Shown here piece after piece: positions 50,001 through 61,124 of a stretch of DNA of 64,000 bases. The notes below the pieces were generated by a model. The model was not told where the DNA came from. It saw only the letters and a list, made by a program, of their open reading frames with translations, and ran no database searches. Numbering within the stretch: position 1 is the stretch's first letter; each line of letters begins with the position of its first letter. A program made the translations under genes and the position numbers. Origin of the DNA: Paraspadella gotoi (Eukaryota > Animalia > Chaetognatha); the NCBI GenBank assembly GCA_051294375.1, contig CM119271.1:118721-182720 (forward strand). The letters run 5' to 3'.

Positions 50001-53000
50001 ATTGAAATAATTTAGTTTTTTATCTTTTAAATGAGCAAGGTTTTATCCATATGTAACAAAAATTGTAAGAATATAATATAACAAGTTTGAGCAAACAATG
50101 TCGGATCTGCCCACGATCATTTTCGGTAATTAATTAATTAATTATTAATTAATTCAAGTTAATTAATTATTTAATTAATTAATAATTAATTTATTCAAGT
50201 TAATTATTTAATTAATTAGGCAATTAATTTATTAATTTGATCCGAAATGTTTGTTTTGATTGATTAATTGACTGACTAATTAATTATTGATTAATTAAAT
50301 GACTAATTGATTAATTAACTGATTAATTATTTGAAGTAAGCAGATCCGGCTAAAAATCTCATGAATGTTTATTACATTTTCTTTATCCCCGACCCACCTC
50401 AAAGTCATACTTTAACATCTTCAGGCCCCAAATCTCTCAACGTCGCTTTGCCCGTCGCCTTCATCGTCGTCGTCGCCGGTATCGTCGCCCTCTTCACGCG
50501 GGCCGCGGCGCTGCCCGAATTCGGCGGCGCCATACTCGACTGGCTGGGGCGCTCTTCAGCGGCGCCTACGGGCGAATCAATGGAACGCGCCGTCCAAGCG
50601 ACTTACCACTGGACGGCGTCTTCTCATTTCGGAGCGGCGTTTTTATTGGGAAAACACGCGGCGCCGAAAACGCCGACGCAGACCTGTCTGTTAGCGGCGT
50701 CGTTCCTGTTTACGGCGCTGAATTTTCTTATGAGCGCAACGACGACAGCGTTGAACGCTCGGTTGGCGGCGCTGGTAGGCTGGAGGCGCGGGGATGAGAT
50801 ATTTGCACCATGGTTGGTCAAGAATTCGCTCGGGTGGAGTTCGTTGGAAGGTGAATGAAAATGTGAATTATAATGATAAGAGAATAATAATAAGAATAAT
50901 ACATAATTTACCAAATGCATCGCTTTTTCTAGAAATTTAATTTTTTTCATGAACAGCCAATAAAAAACTCAATTTAATCGAAATATTTAATGCCTATACA
51001 TTATACAATAGATTAACTAGTATATGTACTACATAGTACATAATATTATGTATATACTGCATATACATTGTATAAAACTTAATGATGAAACTATTCTCAC
51101 AACCCCTTTTGCCTTGAAAACCCCGGCCTCCAATCGCCCCCTTCCCAGCGCCCCACCTCTGGTTAGGCGTACACCTCGCGACCCGCGCCGCCGCCGCCGT
51201 CTCTCTCTTAACCCTCTACGCCGAAACCATTCTCGCCGCTCTCTCCGAGGCGGCACCGACGCTGCTGGCGCCGCGTCACACAGCGCCCAAATCTGTCGTC
51301 GTCGGCGGCGTCTTTTGCGTCGCCGGCTTCGCGTTTGACGCCGGGGTGAAGGCGTTGGCTGCGTGGGTCGGAGACGAATTCGATTTTCTCTACAATGAAT
51401 TCAGTTTTCTTTATTATTCGATCCTCAAATCTTTATTCGGAGTTTTTCTTTATTTCGTCCTCTTGGCGGCGCTGCCAGTTTGCGTCTCAAAAGTGGCGTC
51501 GCCTGTTAATGGGGATTTGTTGACGTTCGTGGCGCGGCAAGGCGGAGGAAGAGCGGAGAGTGGAGAGCGGTGGGCGATGAGGTAAGACGTGATTAAGAAA
51601 TTATTCATTACTAAGTACACGGATCTCAAATGGGAGTGAAATGAAAAGATTTGTTATTACCCTTAGGCTTATCTGACTCAATATGATTGATATTTAATCA
51701 TTTCATTTGTTAGAAAATATATAGAAAAATTTATAGAAAATTCCTATATAACAAATTGATAAAAATTTATATCATAACCACTGGTGTGCCTGCCTTCCAG
51801 CAGCTTTTTTTGCAACATTTCTCCCCTCTTATTTGATAGTTCTATTTTATTCTCATTGTGAAAAAAATTTTGCCGAATATTTAATTTTTTTTACATTGAT
51901 TAATTCATATAATGTCTTGAGAGCATATAAAAAAATTCTTATAAATATATTTTATGGTTTAATGAGGCAACAAGCTGTTGCCAGATCCTTGTTTCCATTT
52001 TTTTTTCAATAATGTAATTTTTATCGAGCCTTGACCGGCGAAGCCGGGTCAGGCTCTATAATGTTTTAGGGTTGCTTCTTTGTGACGTAGTCGTCGTCGT
52101 CGTCGTCGTCCGTCACGCTGTTTTGTTATATAAAAACTACTACGCTTTTATAGGTTTGGCTGTGACTTACCGTTTTTTTTTAAATAAAAATTATTATGAA
52201 TTATGATAAAGTTTTACAAAAGTGTGCAATCATAGTAAGTTAAAAAATTTAGATATGGCTTCTCATTTTGAAATAGCTTTGATATTTTCTTATTACATTT
52301 GGAATTAAATATTTTTTGTTTGAATTTCCACTTCATTATGATTTACTGCAATATGCAAATGAGATTATAGTACTCATTATAATATCCAAATTAGTATATA
52401 GAAATGCTTTAATCTAATTTACATATTGCAGTATATAATATTGAAGATGAAATTCAAAAATTTTTTTTAAATTTCTAATAAAAATGGGAACTCAAAGGAT
52501 TTTTTTAATGAGAAGCTATATCTTAATTTTAATACAAATAAAAATAAAATCTTTTACAAGCTGCGATTGGAAAAAATTGGAAAAATTTCCAATTGTAAAC
52601 CATTGTAACATTTTTTGCCTTTCTTTTATTTCTTTAAATTATATATATATATTTGTTTCTCTTTCTCTCTCTCTCTCTCTGATCGATCTCATGCCTGATC
52701 GTTCGTTTTTTGAAAAATTCTGATTATTTTTTTCCTTCTAAAAACTTTTATTATTGCCATTTATTCCGCGCTTTTTTCACAATACAAAATCCCAAATTTA
52801 CATCCGAGATTCTCTTGGATTTTTTTTTATAAGTTAACTATCCATGGTATATCCTTTCTTTTCGTTGCTGTATAGAGATTTACAAGGAATTTTGAATTGT
52901 TACAACGATTTTTTTATTATTAATAAGTTGCAGACATGTTTCGACTCAGAGATTTTCGAGTCTTAATCATCTTGAGACACTTTCCTACCCGCACACAAAA

Positions 53001-53858
53001 TTTCATCTCAATCTATTAATTCAATTATGATTAATTCGAGTAATTATGAGTTAAAATAAGTAAAAAGATTCAAGTAAATGTGACTCATATTTTTTTCATT
53101 TAAACTTATTTCCACTCGCACGTTTCCACCGAATCTTTATATCAAGCTTCGTCACACACTTTCCTACCCACACACAAAATTTAATCTTAAACTATCCATT
53201 TAATTATGATTAATTAGAGTAATTATTATTTAAAATAAGGAAAAAGATTTTCGTAAATGCGACTTATGTTTTTTCCATTTATACTTATTTCCGCTCGCAC
53301 CATTCAATTGAAACTTTATATGCAGCTTCATCACACACTTTCCTACACTTTCCTACCCACACACAACATTTCATTCCAATCCAACCACCCAATCACGAGT
53401 AATTGGAGTTTTTTGCTAAGGGGGGACGGACGGACGAACGGAAGGACGGACGGACGGACAAATAAAAAGAAATAAAACAATGACTAAAAAATCAAAGAAA
53501 CATCCGAGATAATTTTTTATAATAAAAAAAAAAGGTTGACTATGAATTAGGCCGGATCGAGTTCAGAGTTAGACCTTGCCTGTCTGTGATTCCTGTACTT
53601 TCCAATTCCATGTACTTAAATATGTATTTCAAGTTATTTTTTTTTTAAATGTAAAGCGAATTATTGAATATTTATGTTTTAAAATTTAACCGCACTATAA
53701 TATGCAAATGAGATTAAAGGATAAATGATTTCTCAATATAATGCAAAATATTGGCAAATAAATTAAAATCTGCACTGTCTTATCTCAACAGTATCTCATT
53801 TTTGGACGGGGGACTCTTGAACGTTAGTTTCCGCGTACGAGAAGATAGAATTCTTCTT

Positions 53859-53900
<42 letters not shown>

Positions 53901-56466
53901 GTGAGAAAGAGAGAGAGAGGGGGAGAGAAAGAGTGAGTGACAAATATTATACCTCGCCTCGCTTATTTTTTTTCGCTTTCTTTTCTCTGTCGGTCTTTTG
54001 TCGGTCATTTGAAAATATTCTGTCTTTTTCCGAGTTGTTTTTTGACAATTTTGAAGTAGATCGCCCGTCCTCAACGAGTTTTAAGGGATTTTTTTATGGA
54101 CATTGATAAAAATTGTTAAATTTTTATTTGTTACGAGATAGTCTCTCGGTTGTTTAATGCCCTTTTTATTTTGTATTTTGCCATTACGAAATATCTGATT
54201 TTGGCTCTCCGATTGGTCCGTGCTTATGACTGTACCTTACCCAAAGATATAAAAGAGACGTGCTTACCAAAAACTAGGAGGAAGGGTTACCAATGATTCG
54301 TGACAGTCGGTAAGCATTTAAAATGTTATTTTTATAATTTTATGATTAAGTTTTAAGTTGACTATTTTTAATAATTTTTTCTCTTGTTATATTTAGAAAT
54401 AGTTTCCCGTCTTGCTTCGTCTCACGCTCATGTAATGTTTATTACAAAACATATTATAAAATTTATACTTTGAAGAGACAGTAATTATTGTTATATGTTA
54501 GTGACAGAACCGTTCAATATAAGCAGTCCTTGAGCTTCGGATCAGGCTGTAACACCGTGTTACAGGCAGGTTAAGCGCCCCGTCCCTCTTAACTGCTAGG
54601 CGGCAACCGGGCTAGAACCCCGGACCTTCGGGTTGGGAGGCAAATGACTTGCCTCCGGCACTAATGGCCGCTGATGAACGGTTGGTGGATTGTAGTCCAC
54701 CATAACTTCAAATTTTAATAAATTAAAAGCAAGTCAGAACATACTAACTCGCTCATGGCGTTACGGTAAAATCCTCAATACAAATATAAAATTTACTCAA
54801 CGTTCTTCTCTACTCTTTATTCATCAATTTCCTCGTCATTCAGCATATATTCATAAAGAGCCTATGATACACTTACAAGGGACGAAGACGCCTCGAATGC
54901 CGGTATCGCTGGGGTGAAATACAAAAGATATTTCACAGTGAGAGATAAGTCGATTGCATGTCCGGTCAGGGGCTTTATTTCTTTCTCTCGCTTATTCTCT
55001 TTTTGATATTGTTCATAAATCTTAATGTATTGCTTTATATATGTAAAATCTCCATTGCTTAACTGAGAAACAACTTTTTATTAAGTAAAAAGAATAACAA
55101 AACTAAAATTCGATGGTCACGTGACAAATTTCCACCAATCACAGATCGCTATTGAGGATTTTTTTAAAAATTGTAAAATCTGCAGTGGATCCTGAATATT
55201 TTTTTGGAAATTATTATAGTGAAACCAAATAAAACTATATTAAGTAAAGGAATCACCGACAGGCAACATATTTTGAAAAATTATATGTGCATATGATCCG
55301 CCCTACTATGGATGCTGAATTATTGGCCTATTAATAGTTATAAAAATGAAACTATAGTACATAGAAAATAGTTTAAGAAGGGGATAAAATTGTAATCAAA
55401 TCTTATCCGTTTAAAGCATTTATGTTTATGTATAAACACTGTCATTGTTTAAAAACAAGTTTGAGCAAGCAATGTCGGATCTGCCCAAGATCATTAGCGG
55501 TAATTAATTAATTAACTATTTAATTAATATAAACTATATAAACTAAAATAATAATTGTTATTATTGTCGTCGTCGCCATCATCGTCGTCGTTGCTTTTGT
55601 CGTGGTCAGTGACGAAAAGACCTGAAAACAAACATTTCAGATCAAATTAATTAATTTTAGTTTATACATTTATATTAATTAATTTGATCTGAAATGTTTG
55701 TTTTTTGTTCTTTTCTTCACTGACCACGACAAAAGCAATGACGACGATGATGGCGACGACGACAATAATGCCGATAACGATTGACTTGTTTGATTGATTA
55801 ATTGATTAAATAATTAATTAATTAATTTATAAATAAATTGATTGATTGATTAATTAATAGATAACTACTTAAAAAAAAGCAGGTGGCCCAGACGGAAAGT
55901 GATGAACTCATCGTAAGGAAAAGACTAATTCCAACAATAATATTGAAATATTGACGCTGAAATCTTATTATAAAGTTAGTAAATAGTGAATGAATAAAAT
56001 TTAACTCTTAACCAATATTTTTAACAGAAATAGAAAACGAAAAGCTAAATACGTCTGCGAGGCTAATGAATTTCAAAATCAAATCTATAATAAAATTGAA
56101 AAGGCATGTTGATTTTATCATATTTTTTTCTTTCTCTCTTATTTCTATCTCACTTGTTGTAATAAATTTCTAATAAAAAAATTCAATGACAAAGTATTCG
56201 CCGTCGTTTCTTCGCCGTCGTCTTCGTCGTTGTTGTTGTCAATGTCTTTGCCGTCGTTTTCCTTGTAATCTTCGCCATCATTTTCGGCGTCTTCTTCGTC
56301 GTTTGCGTCATTGTTGTCGTCGTCTTTGTCGTCTTCCTCGTGGTCGTTTTTGTCGTCGTATTCGTTATCGTTTTCCTCAACTTTTTTTGGGTCGAAGTCG
56401 CCATATTTTTTGTTTTCGTTGTCATAATCACAATCACAATGATTAAATTATTAATCTTTTGACGTT

Positions 56467-56500
<34 letters not shown>

Positions 56501-59440
56501 CTATGATTGGAAAAAATTGTAACAATTTTCAATTGTAAACAATTGTAACATTTTTTTCTTTCTTTTTAATTTTATTTCTTTAAATTATATATATATTTTT
56601 CTTCCTATTTTTGTCAGTTGCTGCCTTTTCTGAACCCTTTAAAAACGAGTTCAGCCTCTGCAGTGACTGTACAGCTGCCTTCCAGCGGCTGTCCAGCTTT
56701 CTCTCTCTCTTTCTCTGTCTGCCTTTCTCTGTCTGCCTCTCTCTGTCTCTCTCACTCTCTGTCTCTCTCTTTCTCTCTGTACGATCTCTTGCGTNNNNNN
56801 NNNNNNNNNNNNNNNNNNNGATCGTTTTTTGAAAAATTTTTTTTTATTTTTTCCTTTTAAAAACTTTTATTATCGCCATTTATTCCGCGCTTTTTTCTCA
56901 ATGCAAAATCCCAAATTTACATCCGAGATTTCGTGGATTTATTCTCTTTCTTTCTCTCTCTCTTTCACTCATACACGCATTTGTTTGTTTATTTTATGAT
57001 GAATGATTCATTGCGTCAATGAATGACTATCATCGCATCAATGAATAACTATCATCGTATCAATGAATGATTATCATCACATCAATGAATGACTATCATC
57101 GCATCAATCATTTGGTTATTAACACATCAATCATTTGGTTATCATCACATCGATCATTTGGTTATCATCACATCAATTATTGGTTATCAACATTATCATC
57201 GCATCAATATTTGGTTATCATCGCATCAATCATTTGGTTATCATCGCATCAATCCTATGGTTATCATCGCATCAATATTTGGTTATCATTGAAGGTAGGC
57301 TCGATCCTATTCTTTTAAGATTTTATTTATTATTATTCAACTATTCATCCCTCCTTACAAAATGATAAAACAGCTTTCAATCAATACGAGTTTAGTTTAT
57401 GAGCACCCAGAGACCACCGATACTCCTCAATACTCTCTATCAATACTCAAGTATCAAGTAATTTCAATCACTTTTCGAACCAATCAGATGTTTCCACGCC
57501 TACCTCCTACTCATTTTCCTCTTCCTCCTCGCATTCCACTATCTCCTTCCGATCTCCATCTACGACGACGTCTCCGCCATCGCATTCTGGCGCCACCATT
57601 GGACGCATCCACGTTTTTTCGTCCCTCTGCGAGCGTCGCCGGCGTAATCTTGATCGTGCTCGTCGGCGCCATCGTCGCCCTCTGTCGGGAGGGGGCGTGT
57701 CCGAAGGTGGGGTGGAACGAGGGGCGGGCGCCTTTGGCGGACGTGGGAGTGGAGGAGGAGAAAGAGGACGAGAAGGAAACGCAGAACTTCGCTTAGCTTG
57801 GAAGTTTAAATGTTTGGCAAAGCTACATTTCTTGTCTACTTTATTTATAATTTACATACAGAAGGCTTCATATTATAAAATGAGGTACCTGTTTTTTGTG
57901 ATCAGAATCTTTTCCCACCAAACTACCCGATCGAATTTCATGAAATTTTAATATATAGTCTTAATGACGATATAAATAGAACTATCCAGGCGAATTTTAA
58001 TATTCAACCCCTTTAGTAGCATCAGTACATTGACGTCTTAAACATATAAAAATATTTTAGAACAAATTAATAAATTTTCAATAATTAAGCATTATTTTTC
58101 CAAGTTTTCCAATTATTCCAAATCTGACTTGAACAGCTGATGTTTATGAAGCTGAAAATTAAAGTAACCTAATTTTTTTGAGGAAATAAATACGTTTTTG
58201 TGGAAGAATAAACGTCTGTGCAACTCTTAAAAACAAAAATAATAAAAAAAATTTTGACCATTTTCTGGCCCAATGGGGTCTCCCGGGGGGCCAATATTTC
58301 GGCTCAGGGGTCAAATATTGAAATTCGCCTCGATAGTTCTATTTATATTCACATAGGGATCATTCATACCAAATTTCAAAGAATTTGGTCCTGTAGTTTT
58401 CTCGGAACGTGTTCTGGTCACAAAAAAACAGGTACCTCATTTTATAATATGAAGCCTGTTGACGGCCATTAGTTTAAAGTTAGTTATAATATTATAAATT
58501 AGTTATAATATGAAGCCTGTTGACGGCCATTAGTTTTAAAGTGGTTTTCAAATATGTAAAAAGTATGACTTGACTAAATTGCCTGTAATGAAACAAAAGC
58601 TAAGATTTTTTTCCGACGTATTAGATATGAAGAAATATTTTTTTTCTTTCTGCACATTCTGTATTTTAAACTTCTAAAGCCTGTAAGTTTGCCAGTATAG
58701 AATGTAGTTGATCGTACAGCAAATTAGTATTTAATTAGATTTATTTTCATATTGCATTTTTTTCCGTAAATAAACTTTTTATTTGGTATTTATTAAGATT
58801 GTCCTGTAGCGTACGAAATGATGAGTGAAGACGAAAGGATATCGTAGACCACATAATATATTTTCCATGAGGAAAAGGCAAACGTACAAAAGGATCGAAT
58901 ATCGACGAATGCGAAAATCTCTATCGGCGAGAGAGGAAGAGGATAGAGAAGAGGAGGAAGAGGAGAATAGGAGAGAGGAAGATCGAGAGAGACCGCCGGA
59001 TACTACAGTCCTAAATTTTTTCAAAATTCAAAATTCCAAGTTTGATTGTACATAATTGAGGATGAGAGTTTTATTTATTATCTTCTCACAGCAGAACAAC
59101 GGAGGATAAACAATTAAAAAGTCATAAAGAAAGATTATGATAGTAACGAAGAATACAAAGATAGCAGATGGGGATGAGGTGGGGGGGAGTGGGGGAGGAA
59201 AAGAGAGAGATAAAAAACAAACTACTCATCCTCGAACTTAAATGTTACAATCAACTGGAATTTTGAATTTTGAAAAAACAAATTTTTTTTTTTTTTTTAT
59301 TTTAGGGACCTTCGTGTATCCGGCGGTCTCTCTCCCGAGAATTTCTTGGGTGACCTCGTCTCCTATCTCCTCTTTCCTCCTTGACTTTTATCTCTATCCT
59401 CTTCCTCATCAATCGCCGGAAGAGGATTTCTTTTTTTTTT

Positions 59441-59481
<41 letters not shown>

Positions 59482-60064
59482 TTTTTTTTTTTATTTTTTT
59501 TTTTTTTTTTCGCATTCGTGATATTCGCTCTACCTTTTGTAGAACGTTTGCCACTTTTCCTTTCATGGAAATTATTAAGATATGTGGTCTAACCGAGAAC
59601 ACCGATTCATCCTTCGTCTTCACATCATCATTTTCGTACGCCTAACAGGACAATCTTAATAAATACCAATAAAAGTTATTTACGGAAAAAAATGCAATAT
59701 GAAATAATCTAGTTAAAATACTAATTTTGGCTGTAAACGATCAACTACAATTCTATACCGGCAAACTTAACAGGCTTTAGAAGTTTAAAATACAAATGTG
59801 CACAACGAAAGAAAAAAAAAAAAAAAAAAAATATTTAAAAAAACATATGTCTTCATTCTAATACGTCGGAAAAAAAAATCTTAGCTTTTGTTTCATTACA
59901 GGCAATTTAGTCAAGTCAATACATATTTTACATATTTTGAAACCACTTAAAAATAGCAACTATGGCCGTCAACAGGCTTCATTATACTAAATTTATAATA
60001 ATTATAACTAACTTTACAACTAATGGCCGTCCAAACAGGCTCATATTAATAAAATGAGGTACCT

Positions 60065-60144
<80 letters not shown>

Positions 60145-61124
60145 TGCCAGAACACTTTCACCGAGAAACTACAGGAGCCAAATTCTTTGAAATTTGGTAT
60201 GAATGACCCTATGTGAATATAAATAGAACTATCGAAGGCGAATTTTTTTTTCAATATTTGACCCCGAGCCGAAATATTCATTAGGGGCGCCCCTAATAGA
60301 GCCAAAAAGTTGGCCCCAGGGGGAACCCCCCTGGGGCGGCCCCCTGGGGCAATCCAGAGGGGGCGCCCCCTCAATGACCATTTTGCTGCTCCCCCTGGAA
60401 TAGTCTGCCCCCTGGGGCCGCCCCTAGAGCCGCCCCGCGGGGCAGAGGATTTGGGAGATGACATATCTCCATCACATCGATCATTTGGTTATCATCACAT
60501 CAATTATTGGTTATCAACTTATCATCGCATCAATATTTGGTTATCATCGCATCAATCATTTGGTTATCATCGCATCAATCCTATGGTTATCATCGCATCA
60601 ATATTTGGTTATCATTGAAGATAGGCTCGATCCTATTCTTTTAAGATTTTATTTATTATTATTCAACTATTCATCCCTCCTTACAAAATGATAAAACAGC
60701 TTTCAATCAATACTGAGTTTAGTTTATGAGCACCCAGAGACCACCGATACTCCTCAATACTCTCTATCAATACTCAAGTATCAAGTAATTTCAATCACTT
60801 TTCGAACCAATCAGATGTTTCCACGCCTACCTCCTACTCATTTTCCTCTTCCTCCTCGCATTCCACTATCTCCTTCCGATCTCCATCTACGACGACGTCT
60901 CCGCCATCGCATTCTGGCGCCACCATTGGACGCATCCACGTTTTTTCGTCCCTCTTGCGAGCGTCGCCGGCGTAATCTTGATCGTGCTCGTCGGCGCCAT
61001 CGTCGCCCTCTGTCGGGAGGGGGCGTGTCCGAAGGTGGGGTGGAACGAGGGGCGGGCGCCTTTGGCGGACGTGGGAGTGGAGGAGGAGAAAGAGGACGAG
61101 AAGGAAACGCAGAACTTCGCTTAG
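44016..61124 (+). CDS. Divergent SLC6 (sodium:neurotransmitter symporter fold) transporter, ~605 aa; exons 44016-44180, 44962-45117, 45627-45769, 47656-47840, 50425-50850, 51149-51581, 60815-61124
   Basis: Phase-consistent GT-AG exons with motifs TWGS..RFVL, NPLLYFQILVSQFTRSGPYGLWK, FPWTSCKNHWNSESC (EL2 disulfide), HPATEFY, VFFSIVAGPKS, FTRAAALP and AETILAALSE in SLC6 order, plus multiple hydrophobic segments. Confidence 0.82.
45205..45610 (+). mobile_element. TRIM family 1 copy in SLC6 intron 2 (LTR + PBS + core, LTR2 mostly deleted)
   Basis: Near-identical to 16942-17295; ends CTGTCTCTTCA 16 bp before the exon 3 start. Confidence 0.8.
46260..47129 (+). mobile_element. Family 1 solo LTR split by a hAT MITE
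   Basis: TSD AAGG (46256-59 / 47130-33); the LTR sequence resumes after the MITE. Confidence 0.85.
46447..47073. mobile_element. hAT-type MITE
   Basis: TAGAGTGGAG...CTCCACCCTA termini, perfect 8-bp TSD CTGCTTAT (46439-46 / 47074-81). Confidence 0.9.
49005..49325 (+). repeat. Degenerate ~45-bp minisatellite containing GGTTAGGGTT(G/A)GG telomere-like motifs
   Basis: About 7 units; a similar TTAGGG-rich patch lies at 48540-48605. Confidence 0.7.
49517..49776 (-). mobile_element. Family 4 LTR copy
   Basis: Reverse complement of 13269-13520. Confidence 0.8.
52017..52820 (+). mobile_element. HINE family A, 5' part
   Basis: TTTTATCGAGCCTTGACCGGCGAAGCCGGGTCAGGCTC hairpin start followed by (GTC)n. 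Confidence 0.7.
54471..54704 (-). mobile_element. Family 1 solo LTR
   Basis: Perfect 4-bp TSD ACTT (54467-70 / 54705-08) defines LTR ends 5'-TATG...TTCA-3'; cloverleaf-like GCGGCCA...CGGTTGCC with B-box GGTTCTAGCCC. Confidence 0.88.
57488..57796 (+). pseudogene. Second copy of the SLC6-like terminal exon with a 1-nt deletion
   Basis: Identical to 60815-61124 except CCCTCTGC versus CCCTCTTGC, which shifts the frame. Confidence 0.7.
58805..59007. mobile_element. Solo LTR, polymorphic between the duplicated segments
   Basis: TGTAG...CTACA termini, TSD GTCC; empty site GTCC at 62189-62192 in the other copy. Confidence 0.8.

Noticed and set aside
59242-60464. Poly-Lys / poly-Phe ORFs
   Set aside because: They arise from inflated homopolymers in the noisy inverted duplicate.
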